Origin: Mobula hypostoma
Taxonomy: Eukaryota
Length of the DNA: 64,000 bases
Direction of reading: 5' to 3'
Assembly (NCBI RefSeq): GCF_963921235.1
Contig: NC_086108.1
Location: 66,032,001 to 66,096,000, forward strand
Part shown: in pieces, positions 12,555 through 25,340 of the stretch
Position numbering within the stretch: position 1 is the stretch's first letter
Layout: each line of letters begins with the position of its first letter
Notes under the pieces: model-generated
Databases searched by the model: none
What the model was told of the DNA's origin: nothing
Seen by the model: only the letters and a program-made list of their open reading frames with translations
Position numbers and translations under genes: made by a program

Positions 12555-12969
12555 AATGCCTTTTAGAGAAGAGAAGTCACAAAACAAAGTCATTCCTGTG
12601 CTACAATACAGGTCAAGGTTAGCTCTTTTACATTTTTATATATTTGGAAACATTGTCAAATTCATATTCACCTTACCCCTTCTGTAAATATATAGTATGT
12701 ACCATTGTGCTCTTATATACATTTGCATTTCTAGAACGTACGACCTATATTTAATCTCTAAATCGAAGAGGGTCGTTGTCACAAGTAAACAATGTTACAT
12801 TTGCCTGATTAAAGGTGATCAAGATTTCGTTCTGTTAATGATTTAGAAAGGAACTGTGTTCCTTGTGGTACTTTTGTATTTCAGGAGAAAACGTTAATCG
12901 TGTAATTTCTACTTTAGTTGTTTTAGATGGAAAATGCCTGGTTTATTCTTAATGTCAATGACAAAAAAC

Positions 12970-12975
12970 AATAAA
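12970..12975 (+). terminator. Probable FOXE1 polyadenylation signal
   Basis: AATAAA about 415 nt after the stop codon, followed by T/GT-rich sequence (gattttttaa, ttgtcgttttttt). Confidence 0.55.
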
Positions 12976-15900
12976 CATCTGATTTTTTAAGTACAAAGAA
13001 ATTGTCGTTTTTTTAGAAAGCATGTTCACACATAAAGTACGTACGAACCGATCAGTTTTCTGAATCATGCATATTAGACATCAACATTTGCACAGAAATA
13101 AGAAACTGTACAACTCTATCTGCCTTTTTTACTCGGATTGGATTTTTAAAAACAAATTAATGAAGATTGCTGTACATGAAACGTCTGTTCATGTGTATTT
13201 GTACATAGAATCTAGAATATCGTAAAGTAAGAAAATTTAGAAAAGTAGTAAAATTAATGAACAGTTTCACATTTCAAAATGAACTGATATAGAAATATAT
13301 TAGTTATATGATATAATTATTTGACAAAACTTCGAAACACGACTCATTGTAGTTAAATTAGACACTGGAATTTTCCCTAATGAATAATTAGAAAAGATTT
13401 GGACAGCTTCAGTCTAGTGATTAAATTAATTGTAGGTCAAAACCTATTTGCTATCATTCAGATCACAATGTATCTGTTTATAACATTTTATTAAAACTAA
13501 TCTGAAATAGTTTAAAATGCCCCCAGACGGCCTCGAGAGGAACAACTGGGAAACTCTGAAGACGTTTCACAAAGACGCAAAGTGATAATTCACTGCCACT
13601 CCGGAGAACGGCAGTGAATTATCACGTCAGACAGCGGTGTCAAGGGTTATTCAAAGTTATCCCAACGAAAACTAGGTATCTAATAAGGCCCGGGCTCTAG
13701 AGAAAATAGTAACATGTAAACTATTGAAAGAGAGCCTTGGATCATCTATACTGTACTTTTATTATTTTAAAAATATTACTTTAAAGTGGGCGCAACCTGC
13801 AAAGGATATTAATTTTCTGGAAGTGTGATGATCCAGTAAATTTATTTAGATACATGAAAGAGGCAAAATACTGTAACAGCGCGCTTACCTGGCACTGCTG
13901 TATGTATTACCATTTTTCTCCGATATGATCAACACTGGAAAAACCTGCCGTACTTTCCTTTCATTGATTTGTTTTTGTCCTCCCCCCCCCCATTTACAAA
14001 GCTATCAATCAATCTGGCAACAGATAAACTCGGTAACTTTCCGTGGATATCTCATTTTGTGCCAGTATAAAGTTCAAGCATATCAGACAAAAGTTATTGG
14101 AGATAATATTTTTCTATTGATTAGATGCTATTGAAATTGAAGTTATTTTGTTTATTTAGTGATATAAATTATACGAAATACACAAATTAGTTAGAAGTAT
14201 TATGACCTATTTTACACATTTCTATTCAAGCCACTCAAAAATTTTAATTACTGTTTATTCATAAATAAAGTTTGCAATCCGGCCGATTTTATCTAGTGCG
14301 TTCAATGAAGAGACAGAAACCGCATGCCTTACTGAAGATTTTTATTGAAGGTAACAGCTCTCAGTTCTGGTTTCACCTCAAGTGGTTGTGGAGCCAAGAA
14401 AGCTCAGAATGTCTGACGGCGGCTTTCGTATCGCTGGTCACCATCTCCATCTGGCATTATTGACCGTGTTTGCTGTTCTGCATACTCTGCTACACACAGC
14501 AGCCACTTTAATAGGCTTCTTTTTGCATGGACACTCAAATCCGAAAATTCTTTTTTAAAACCTGGAAGGTTCATGTTTTATTTTGGATGGGTAACTTTTG
14601 CTGAGCAGCGTAAAAGTGTAATAGGAATATCATCAATGGATAATTTAAACAACGGTATTGGTTTTCTGAAAATGTGGTGAATTTTACAGATATACCAATA
14701 CAACAAAAGGAAATATATTAATTATAATGTAATACCAATGGGTTTAAGCAGCGTTTGTTGACCTCTCCAATATCCACAACCGTCCGTACTTGAGAGGTAA
14801 GTGACTTGGTTTGAACCGCGGTTTGGATGATTCCAGAATCCGGCTAAACCACTTCTCTGATCTGCAAGAAAAAGGGCACATGGTACTAGGAAACAGTTGT
14901 GGTCTAAACACGAACCTCCTCGCTGTCAACCTGATAATCGCGTATTTGCAAACCGTAGAAAGCAAAGGAAAAGTTCGCTTTTGGAATGTTGATCATCCCC
15001 GTTACAAACGCCCAATTTCTGGACATCCTTAAGTACGAAGCAGCTCTCTTAAGATAACTAAATTCAAGAGTCTGATTTATGTATAGAAGTTTACTGCTAC
15101 CAACGGCAGAAGTCGTTTCTCCTTTATCCACTATAGTAATTGTTCTTTCCTATTATTTTTTTTTGTAGTTTTGATGTCGTTCCTCACAATACTATAGAAG
15201 TATGATATTATAGAGTTACTTTTGTGTATTTAAGGACAAAATCGACTTATAAATCTAGGCAAAAATGAAACTGGGACAGTTGTTTTGCTCAAATACATTG
15301 AAATTAAAAAGTGAAGAAACTTGACTCCTTTTTATAACTAGGTTTATATTACTGTACTTAACTTTCCTAGCGTTTGGAGGAAAAATGTTATTAAGATCTA
15401 CTTTCTCTTGCACTTTTTTTTTGCTTCATTGAAATACTCCTCCCCCATTCGCCAGTCCAGCTATCATCCTTGATTCATTCTCTTCCCCGGGATGCACTGC
15501 CTTCTGAAGTAGGTGACTCCTCAGCACTCCTGACATTCCTACTCACTTGGTGTCATTCCAAGCATTGATTTGATTTTAAATAAAGTTACACTACCCCTCT
15601 GCACCTCTCTTGCCATCCTTTTAAGGGTCCAAGGAGACCATCACAAATGTCTCCATCTGAACAGTAGCCCAGTGCGACAATTGTCTCCATTCAGTCCAAA
15701 TCACCCCGAGAATATTGTCAATGGATGAGCTATCACAATACTTCTCTGCATTTCCCTCCTCAATTTCCATTCACCTCAGTACAAGACCTTGGCTGTTCAT
15801 GAATGATTATGTCAGAAAATGCCCTTGACAAAAGTTGCAGGGAAAATACTTCCCAACTGGCTATACCTTCTCCAGTTGCCCTACCTAGGCCATTTGGCAA

Positions 15901-17689
15901 GCTTCTAATTGTTCAATCACAGCTTATCATTTCTCCATATCCCTTGCCAATTCTCCCACAAGAGCTTTTAATCTTTTTTTTCTGTTGTTCTCACCCTTAG
16001 ATAAAAATTCTTCTTTTATATCATTCATCCAAGCCCCTTTAACGTTTTCTCACCAAGAAGCCTTCTCTTTAACTTCTGCACTTCTCATATTCACTGTCCC
16101 CAGAAATCATTAGTTTTATTTCTCAATCGCTCATACAAAAATAGGCTTTAAACCATGTTCATAATCTTCCACTTCCTTGCTGGTATGCCTTTTCCATGTA
16201 CTTCCATTTTCTCTGCCACAGATAAGGACATCATGTGCTGATCCTGCAATGGAAACATGTATCCCTTCCCCTTTTCCAGTCAACTTGCTTCTGTGTTATA
16301 TTTCTTCAATTCACTAAAAAATGCACATTCAAAATCCCAACTGTTTAATTCTGGTCCTTTATTCACCATGTCATTTCTGCAGCTGCCATCTGCTCAATAT
16401 ATGCTGTCACTTCTATCTTCTATGCCCTAGTCACAATTAAGAATATTACTCTATTTCTCCCTCTAGACCTATCTTTTGCTCCTTTAAGGAGGAGGAACGA
16501 GACTTGAAAAGATATGACAAACAAGTGAATTAGAGACAGAATGACAGATGTAGTTGAATAAAATCATGTTCCATCAAACCTATATTTCTCAAGAGAGTTA
16601 AATATTGGTATATGAAATATTGTATTAATATTGTTTCCCACAGTCTGGGTGCACATGTTTATCAATGCTTGTGGTTTTGCTCAATGGAGGCACAGATTGC
16701 TTACCTCAGCACAGTTCCTTTTGGATTCATTATTGAAAGTTAGTAGTTGGTATAAACCAAGGAACCTGTATGACATGAGTTATAAACTAATTATTAAGTT
16801 AGATCATATGTTAAATCATTGGCCCTGTTTATTTATAACGGCCCTATTTTTTTTTACATAAATCCAATGTAAAGATCATACTGTGTCCTTAATTTACAAG
16901 TGCATATATATTGTTGCCCAAGATGAGCAACATATGAATGTTGCTTACGTGCCCATTTCATTCATCAAATATTGTTTCTGCCAACATCTTTATCTTAAAA
17001 CATTGTTCCACTTTTCTTTGTTGTTTTGGTCGAATCATGTTTACTAGAAGTTTTGTAGCATCCAGCCTAGAATTGACACCAAAGCGCACTGATGCTCTAT
17101 TTTGTAGAAAACAATGCTTAGCTACACAAAAATTTATACATTGTGTTAGATTTGCACCTATCATTATTATATGGCAAATAGCATTCCTGATAAGAAACCT
17201 TGTAGTGTGCGGCTCAAATTATTGATATATCATGGCAAAATAAATGCTATCTTGTACCGTGCAATGGACTCAGTTCACACTAATAACTGAGAACCTGCAC
17301 CAACCACACATTGTATAGTGAATAATTAGAAGATATTTGTAGAAAGGTAGCAATCAGTCGTTATTAGTATTATTATTTTTGGAATGTTTACTCAGATTTC
17401 CTAAGAGGCGATGGAAGAGGAATTGATTTGTATTATCAGTATGCATAAGGATCAGAATATTTATTATACCAATGCTATGACTTAGAACTCAAGAGTTATG
17501 AATTTCCTTTGGCTGGGTTATGTTTCTAAAGCAATGTTACAAACAAAGAGCTTAAATTGTTCAAATTAATTTTCAAACTCCTGGGAATGCACATCTTGCA
17601 GAGTCTCATGGTCTCAGAACACATCCTACACAATCAAGAAAGCTCATTAACACCTCTACTTTCTGAGGAGGCTAGAGAGTGCTGGACTA

Positions 17690-18918
17690 TGCACATCAAT
17701 GCTCAAGTCCTTAAATGGATACACAGTAGAGAGCATCCTAACATGCTGCATCATTGAATGGTACAGAAACTGCAACGTGGTGGAAACTGCAAGGCTCTAT
17801 ATTTGTAGCCAAAACTGCCAAACGAATCTACGGCACCAGTACCCACCATCAAGGACATATAGAAACATAGAAACATAGAAACATAGAAAATAGGTGCAGG
17901 AGTAGGCCATTCGGCCCTTCGAGCCTGCACCGCCATTTATTATGATCATGGCTGATCATCCAACTCAGAACCCAGCCTTCCCTCCATACCCCGTGACCCC
18001 TGTAGCCACAAGGGCCATATCTAACTTCCTTTTAAACATAGCTAATGAACTGGCCTCAACAGTTTGCTGTGGCAGAGAATTCCACAGATTCACCACTCTC
18101 TGTGTGAAGAAGTTTTTCCTAACCTCGGTCCTAAAAGGCTTCCCCTCTATCCTCAAACTGTGACCCCTCGTTCTAGACCTCCCCAACATCGGGAACAATC
18201 TTCCCGCATCTAGCCTGTCCAATCCCTTTAGGATCTTATACGTTTCAATCAGATCCCCCCTCAATCTTCTAAATTCCAACGAGTACAAGCCCAGTTCATC
18301 CAGTCTTTCTTCATATGAAAGACCTGCCATCCCAGGAATCAATCTGGTGAACCTTCTTTGTACTCCCTCTATGGCAAGGATGTCTTTCCTCAGATTAGGG
18401 GACCAAAACTGCACACAATACTCCAGGTGTGGTCTCACCAAGGCCTTGTACAACTGCAGTAGTACCTCCCTGCTCCTGTACTCGAATCCTCTCGCTATAA
18501 ATGCCAGCATATATACAAAAGATGCTGGAAAAAAAGCCAGCAACATCATAAAGGATCCCACCCACTCTGCTCATGGACTGTTTGCCCCACTCTCAACAGG
18601 GAGGAGGCTATGTACTCTAGTATCCACACCAGGACCACCAGACTCAAAAACAGTTACTTTCCTCAAGCAGTAAGGCTGAACAATGCCTCCACGAACTACC
18701 CATTCCACCACAACTCCCACTACCACTACTTTATCATTTTCAGTCAGTCAGCTTATGTATAGACATTCCTGTGCCTAACATCATGGACATATAATCAATT
18801 TATGTATTTTGTTCATTGTCTTTTCTTATGTGCTGCATCAGATCTGGATTAACAATTATTTAGTTCTACCTTACAATTCTGTACTGGAAATGACATTAAA
18901 CAATCTTGAATCTTGAAT
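17690..18918 (+). mobile_element. Rex1/Babar-type LINE 3' fragment, interrupted by a CR1
   Basis: KKASNIIKDPTH.AHGLF.PL..GRR motif typical of the Rex1 C-terminus. Tail attaaacaatcttgaatcttgaat. Confidence 0.7.
17862..18507 (-). mobile_element. Young CR1 family B 3' fragment
   Basis: Open ORF2 C-terminus (17965-18510), (TTTCTATG)3 tail, and CATATA at 17856-17861 and 18508-18513. Confidence 0.93.
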
Positions 18919-20340
18919 TTAAAAGTAAGTTGTAGAATTTCATTCACAAGATATGTAAAAGATTATTTTTTTCTAAAATTAATACAAAATAATGAGATGA
19001 TATGATGAGCAAGACATGAAATCTAATTTTACTATTGTTACCAAATGGATTACACTCCCCAGCAACAGTAAAGAAGGTATGAAAATAGTCACAACACAGC
19101 AGGATAAATCCTCTAATCATACAGTCTAATTCAATTCCCTAATGGCAATGTTTACAGCACAAGTAAGAAAGAAAATAGCAGTTTAAAAAGTTCATAATGC
19201 CAAATGGCTTGGTTATAAAGATTGAACTAATTCAAAGGAAATTCAACTGCCCTGACATGAAATGTAACATCAGCTGCTACACTGCCATGATGTAAGAATC
19301 TGCCCAATCTGTACAACTGGGAACTGCAGAACTGAGGAAAACTGGGAAAAGCTGTTCGCTTTGAGATAATTTTAGATCCACTTATCTTTGCAGCTTGGTT
19401 TTTGTGTTATTAATCTGAATCTGTTATTTGAATATATGAATATTGAATGTGAATATGTCCTTCCCTTCTGCTTCATTTTTTGCTGCAACTCTTTGGTCGC
19501 CCACTCACTTTAATTATCCTCCATGTATAATGCACTTGAGAGTTAGCCTAGACAGTACCCAGACTGTCATCTTCTTAAAGAGCTTGAATTATTTAACTAC
19601 AGTAGGGCCTGTCAAACTTTGATTCTTAATCATCCAAGTTAGATCTACCCTGGTCGTATTGAGATTGGCCTTTCTGTAACTTACTATTTCTACCATAGAG
19701 TGGTAGACATAATTATATACTATATATACTAAACCTTGACATTTTTGCCATTATTCCAACCACCAGTTCTGGGTCATTAATTTAAAAATAACTCAAGGAT
19801 AGTTTCCACCCCACTGTTATAAGATGATTGAATTGTTCCCTGGTATGTTAAGATGGCCTCTTGCCCTGATAATCTACTTTGTTATGACCTTGCACCTTAT
19901 TGTCTACCTGCACTGTATTTTCTCTGTAGCTGTTACACTTCATTCTGTATTCAATTTTTTTTTTTTACCCCTTGTACTACCTCAGTGCACTGTGTAATGA
20001 ATTGATCTGTATGAACAACATGTCAGCTCCTCACTCTCACAGACAAACTCTCCTACTGAAACCTCAGCTACGTTTTGGATACCTGCAGTAACTTGGCTTT
20101 TATTAATTTCTCTGCGAGGAAGCTATAAATACAATACTTTTCCAACAAAGTGGTCATTTATTTTTCACTAAATTACTTTCAACTTCTTTGCTTCCACCCT
20201 CTGAGATGACATTCACCCATATATTCAAAAAAAATGTCATCGTCTTTATGTCTTCCACACAATGAAGAAATTGTATGCAAAGTGGAGCAATTCAGTCCGT
20301 TAACATTTAGGGAACAGCAATCATATGTAGAAAATTTAAT

Positions 20341-20646
20341 GTTCAAAGTAAATTTATATTCAAAGTACATATATGTCACCATGTACAACCATGAAATTCA
20401 TTTTCTGGTAGGTATAACTGAATAAATCCATAACTGAATGATAGAGTCAATGAAAAACCGCAACAACTTGGGCATTCAACCAGTGTGCAAAAGACAACTA
20501 ACTCTGCAAATACAAAAAGAGGGAAATAATAATATTAATTAAATAAGCATTAAATATCAAGATCATGAGGTGAAGAGTCCTTGAAAGTGAGTCCATAGGT
20601 TGTGGGAACATTTCAGTGATGGGGCAAGTTAAGGTGAATGAAGTTA
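20341..20646 (-). mobile_element. Rex1-type 3'UTR fragment
   Basis: Reverse complement of the 3'UTR/tail seen at 33140-33472 and 58600-58890 (cctatggactcactttcaaggactcttca … tactttga…aaatttactttgaac). Confidence 0.7.
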
Positions 20647-21033
20647 TAGACCATAAGACCATAAGATACGGGAGCATAATTAGGCCATTTGGCCCATGAA
20701 GTCTGCTCCACCATTTCATCATGGCTGATTCAGTTTTTCTTTCAGCCCCAATCTCTTACCACTCCCCCCTCCACCTCACTGTATCCCTTCATGCTCTGAC
20801 CAATTAAGAATCTTTCAATCTCTGTCTTAAATGCACATAAAGACTTAACCTCCACAGCTGCATGTGGCAAAGAATTCCACAGATTCACCACTCTCTGGCT
20901 AAAGAAATTCCACCTCATCTCCATTCTAAAAGGATGCCCTTCTATTCTGAGGTTGTGTCCTCTTGTCTTAGACTCTCTCACCAGAGGAAAGATCCTCTTT
21001 ACATCCACTCTAACAAGGCCTTTCACCATTCGA

Positions 21034-21188
21034 AAACACAAACACGAGGAAATCTGCAGATACTGAAATTTCAAGCATTTCAAGCAAGTGTTAGTCCTGA
21101 TGAAGGGTCTCAGCCAGAAACGTCAATTGTACCTCTTCCTAGAGATGCTGCCTGGCCTGCTGCGTTCACCAGCAACTTTTATGTGTTG
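21034..21188 (+). mobile_element. Penelope-derived ~155-bp inverted mini-element with hammerhead motif
   Basis: 14-bp TSD CTTTCACCATTCGA at 21020-21033 and 21189-21202. Homologous to the 3' end of the PLE at 24613-24750. Hammerhead core at 21093-21128. Confidence 0.85.
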
Positions 21189-21945
21189 CTTTCACCATTC
21201 GATAAGTTTTAATGAGGTCACCCCTCATTCTTCTGAATTCCAGTGAATACAGGCCCAGAGCCATCAAATGATCTCCACATGACAAGCCATTCAGTCCTCG
21301 AATCATTTTTGTGAACCTCCTTTGTACCCTCTTTAGTTTCAGCACATCCTTATTAAGATAAGGGCCCAAAACTGCTCACAATACTCCAATTGAGGCCTTA
21401 CCAGTGCTTTATGAAATCTCAACATTACATCTTTGCTCTTATATTCTAGTCCTCTTGAAATAACATCACATTTGCCTTCCTCACCACAGACTCAACCTGC
21501 AAATTAACCTTTAAGGAATCTGTACAAGAGCTCCCAAGTCCAGTTGCACCTCAGGTTTTCGTATTTTTGCTCCATTTAGACAATAGTCAACCCTTTCATT
21601 TCTTCTACCAAAATGCATGATCATACCACTTCCTGACACTATATTCCAGCTGCCACTTCTTTGCCTATTCTCCTAATCTGTCTAAGTCCTTCTATAGTCA
21701 CTCTACTTCCTCAAAACTACCTGCCTTTCCACCTAATTTCGTATTGTCTGCAAACTGCAACAAAACCATCAATTCCATCATCCACATCATTGACATATAA
21801 TGTAAATAGAACTGGTCCCAACACAGACCCCTGTGGAACAACACTAGTCACCAGCAGACAACCAGAAAAGGCTCCCTTTATTCCCTTTATTCCCACTCTT
21901 TGGCTTCTGCCAATCAGCCACTGCTTTATCCACGCTAGAATCTAT

Positions 21946-22962
21946 CCACAAGGCTCAGTGCTGGGACCCCAGTTGTTTACAATATATATTAATGACTTGG
22001 ATGAGGGAATTAAATGCAGCATCTCCAAGTTTGCGGATGACACGAAGCTGGGTGGCAGTGTTAGCAGTGAGGAGGATGCTAAGAGGATGCAGGGTGACTT
22101 GGATAGGTTGGGTGAGTGGGCAAACTCATGGCAGATGCAATTTAATGTGGATAAATGTGAAGTTATCCACTTTGGTGGCAAAAATAGGAAAACAGATTAT
22201 TATCTGAATGGTGGCCGATTAGGAAAAGGGGAGGTGCAACGAGACCTGGGTGTCATTATACACCAGTCATTGAAAGTGGGCATGCAGGTACAGCAGGCGG
22301 TGAAAAAGGCGAACGGTATGCTGGCATTTATAGCGAGAGGATTCGAGTACAGGAGCAGGGAGGTACTACTGCAGTTGTACAAGGCCTTGGTGAGACCACA
22401 CCTGGAGTATTGTGTGCAGTTTTGGTCCCCTAATCTGAGGAAAGACATCTTTGCCATAGAGGGAGTACAAAGAAGGTTCACCAGATTGATTCCTGGGATG
22501 GCAGGTCTTTCATATGAAGAAAGACTGGATGAACTGGGCTTGTACTCGTTGGAATTTAGAAGATTGAGGGGGGATCTGATTGAAACGTATAAGATCCTAA
22601 AGGGATTGGACAGGCTAGATGCGGGAAGATTGTTCCCGATGTTGGGGAGGTCTAGAACGAGGGGTCACAGTTTGAGGATAGAGGGGAAGCCTTTTAGGAC
22701 CGAGGTTAGGAAAAACTTCTTCACACAGAGAGTGGTGAATCTGTGGAATTCTCTGCCACAGCAAACTGTTGAGGCCAGTTCATTAGCTATGTTTAAAAGG
22801 AAGTTAGATATGGCCCTTGTGGCTACAGGGGTCAGGGGATATGGAGGGAAGGCTGGGTTCTGAGTTGGATGATCAGCCATGATCATAATAAATGGCGGTG
22901 CAGGCTCGAAGGGCCGAATGGCCTACTCCTGCACCTATTTTCTATGTTTCTATGTTTCTATG
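21946..22962 (+). mobile_element. Young CR1 family B, 5'-truncated, open reading frame
   Basis: Uninterrupted frame from PQGSVLGP/KFADD to the stop at 22863, then a (TTTCTATG)3 tail. Confidence 0.94.
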
Positions 22963-24029
22963 TAATACTATGGCTCGTAGCCTGTTAAGCAGCCTCATGT
23001 GTGGCAACTTGTCAAAGGCCTTCTGAAAATCCAAATACACAACATCACCAATTCTCCTTTGTCTATCCTGCTTGTTATTTCCTCAAAGATTTGTCAGGGA
23101 AGATTTTCCCTTGAGGAAACCATGCTGACTATGGCTTATATTATCATGTGCCTCCAAGTACCCCATAACCACATCCTTAACAATCGACTCCAACATCTTC
23201 CCACCACTGAGGTCAGACAAAATGGCCTATAATTTCTATTTTTTTCTGCCTCTCCCTTCTTGGAAGAGTGTAGTGACATTTGAAATTTTCCATTTTTCTG
23301 GAACCGTTCCAGAATTTAGTGGAGGGCCATCATTGTGGGGACCTGAGAGGCTGAGACAACTGAAACTTAATTGGAGATCCATCTACCATTTGCATGCCAC
23401 ATTCCCTGCAATAGTCAACTGAAAACAAATTAAGAAAGGTACTAGATGACTGTTTCCATGCTGTATACCTTGATCTGTTACCCAACAGAAGGCAAACAGG
23501 TGTTCGTACAAACCTTTGTGCCCCTGGTTAGAAAGCATACTGGTCCAAGAAAGGATCATGCTGCTCAGAGGAAGCATGAAAGTGATGAAAGCTCTGGTTT
23601 GACTCCGACAGTTTTTGCAGGCAAAATATCTGAGAAAGCTTCTGATATCTTAGTCAGGCATGTAGAAATGTAGCTTGGTTTTAAGCTGGAAGTGAGTTCA
23701 AGGAGCTTCAGGAATGTTGTGAGCACTCAGATTTTGTGAGTATAAAGAAACAGACTCCACTCGAGTGCATTAAGGTTATTGCATGACCTTCAAGTACGAG
23801 ACAAAAAGCTGCTTCTAAAAGCAGATGCAAAGACCCAGCTGGATGAATGGAAGGCCAAAAAGAAAAGAGTCAATGGAGATACAAAAACAGAGGATTCATC
23901 AGATGATGTTGTGGGTGAGGAAGCCAAGAGAGATCAGATCCTAAAGGAGGCAATAGAAGGATTAATAAGAGAATACTCCAGTGAACTAAATACACTTTCC
24001 CAAGAGCAAGATGAACAAACTAGAAGAAA

Positions 24030-24599
24030 TAAAAGGAAGGAGAAGAAAGGTGTTCAGAGTTGTCTTAACTGCTTCCTTCAGCCTCAGAATCAACTCCTAC
24101 AACCACCATGAAGGAGGCCCCAGAACTTGAGATTGTTTTCACAGCCACAGGTCTCACCTGCCAAGCAGAGTCATCCCCCTTGTCAGGAAAGATGATATCA
24201 TACCAGGGTGAGAAAGCCTCCACCACACCTGAATCAGGACAACTAAAAAATTTACTCTGCTGTGAATCTCTGTATAGTAGTTGTATTATATAGTATTCTC
24301 TGTATATAGTTGAGATGCACTCTTTAGTGAGTTGGAGCTTCTAGCTAAGTAGGGAGGCACGTTGTATATTTAATATTTCAGTAATATTTGAGTAATCTTG
24401 AGGTATGTTGTTGATTAAACATTCTTTGTTTAAGTAATTCATTATTGGCTGAATGTAAAAATATTTGAATTGCATATGTCATGACGCTGTCATGTGATAT
24501 GTGCGCACTTCGCATTAAGTAAAAAACAAACTGAGACTCACATATCTCGGCTCTCTTATTTTCCTTTAAATGAGTTCAAAATTTTGGAGTTACAAAACA
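24030..24599 (+). mobile_element. Probable Gypsy 3' end: post-integrase region, PPT and LTR at about 24360-24599
   Basis: Purine tract AGGGAGG at 24351-24357, followed by (c/t)GTTGT…ACA resembling the LTR start at 48473. Pro/Glu/Ser-rich degenerate coding sequence lies upstream. Confidence 0.5.
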
Positions 24600-24612
24600 G
24601 AAAAGGCAGGAA

Positions 24613-25340
24613 ACAACAGGAATTCTGCAGATGCTGGAAATTCAAGCAACACACATCAAAGTTGCTGGTGAACGCAGCAGGCCAGGCAGCATCTCTAGGA
24701 AGAGGTGCAGTCGACGTTTCAGGCCGAGACCCTTCGTCAGGACTAACTAAAGGAAGAGTGAGTAAGGGATTTGAAAGTTGGAGGGGGAGGGGGAGATCCA
24801 AAATGATAGGAGAAGACAGGAGGGGGAGGGATAGAGCCAAGAGCTGGACAGGTGATAGGCAAAAGGGGATATGAGAGGATTATGGGACAGGAGGTCCGGG
24901 AAGAAAGACGGGGGGGGGGAACCCAGAGGATGGGCAAGGGGTGTATTCTGAGGGACAGAGGAAGAAAAAGGAGAGTGAGAGAAGAATGTGTGTATAAAAA
25001 TAAGTAACAGATGGGGTACGAGGTGAGGTGGGGCCTTAGCGGAAGTTAGAGAAATTGATGTTCATGCCATCAGGTTGGAGGCTACCAGACGGAATATAAG
25101 GTGTTGTTCCTCCAACCTGAGTGTGGCTTCATCTTTACAGTAGAGGAGGCCGTGGATAGACATGTCAGAATGGGAATGGGATGTGGAATTAAAATGTGCG
25201 GCCACTGGGAGATCCTGCTTTCTCTGGCGGACAGAGCGTAGATGTCCAGCAAAGCAGTCTCCCAGTCTGCGTCGGGTCTCGCCAATATATAAAAGGCCAC
25301 ATCGGGAGCACCGGATGCAGTATATCACCCCAGTCAACTC
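24613..25340 (-). mobile_element. Penelope-like element 3' part: GIY-YIG endonuclease, pyrimidine-rich spacer and hammerhead
   Basis: GVIYCIRCSRCGLLYIGETRRRL..(R)F..H…LEEQHLI. 11-bp TSD AAAGGCAGGAA at 24602-24612 and 25341-25351. Confidence 0.9.
24709..24744 (-). ncRNA. Minimal type I hammerhead ribozyme, intact core
   Basis: The minus strand reads AGTC CTGACGA AGG GTCTCGG CCT GAAA CGTC GACT: stem I AGTC/GACT, core CUGANGA and GAAA, stem II AGG/CCT, palindromic ACGU stem III and a GUC cleavage triplet. Confidence 0.8.

Larger units (their letters stand above)
20647..23320 (-). mobile_element. CR1 LINE, family C, 5'-truncated, hosting two younger insertions (21034-21188 and 21946-22962)
   Basis: (ATGGTCTT)n tail at 20647-20668. 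Minus-strand ORFs with FFSQRVVNLWNSLP and RVQRRFTKMI. RT remnants resume after 22963. Confidence 0.85.

Noticed and set aside
15430..16480. Pyrimidine-rich, possibly ancient L2-like sequence
   Set aside because: No diagnostic motif could be read with confidence.
17856..17890. Short tandem repeats as a CRISPR-like or satellite array
   Set aside because: These are LINE 3' tails without spacers, in vertebrate DNA.
17965..18561. 198-aa ORF
   Set aside because: CR1 ORF2 C-terminus, with a start borrowed from the antisense strand of the Rex1 host.
21661..22863. 400-aa ORF as a novel gene
   Set aside because: Chance fusion of the antisense strand of CR1-C with the open 3' part of an inserted CR1-B at about 21946.
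23330..24111. Charged 110-aa ORF (23779-24111) as a host exon
   Set aside because: No recognisable domain or splice structure. It runs into Gypsy-like sequence, so it is probably a degenerate element of unassigned type.
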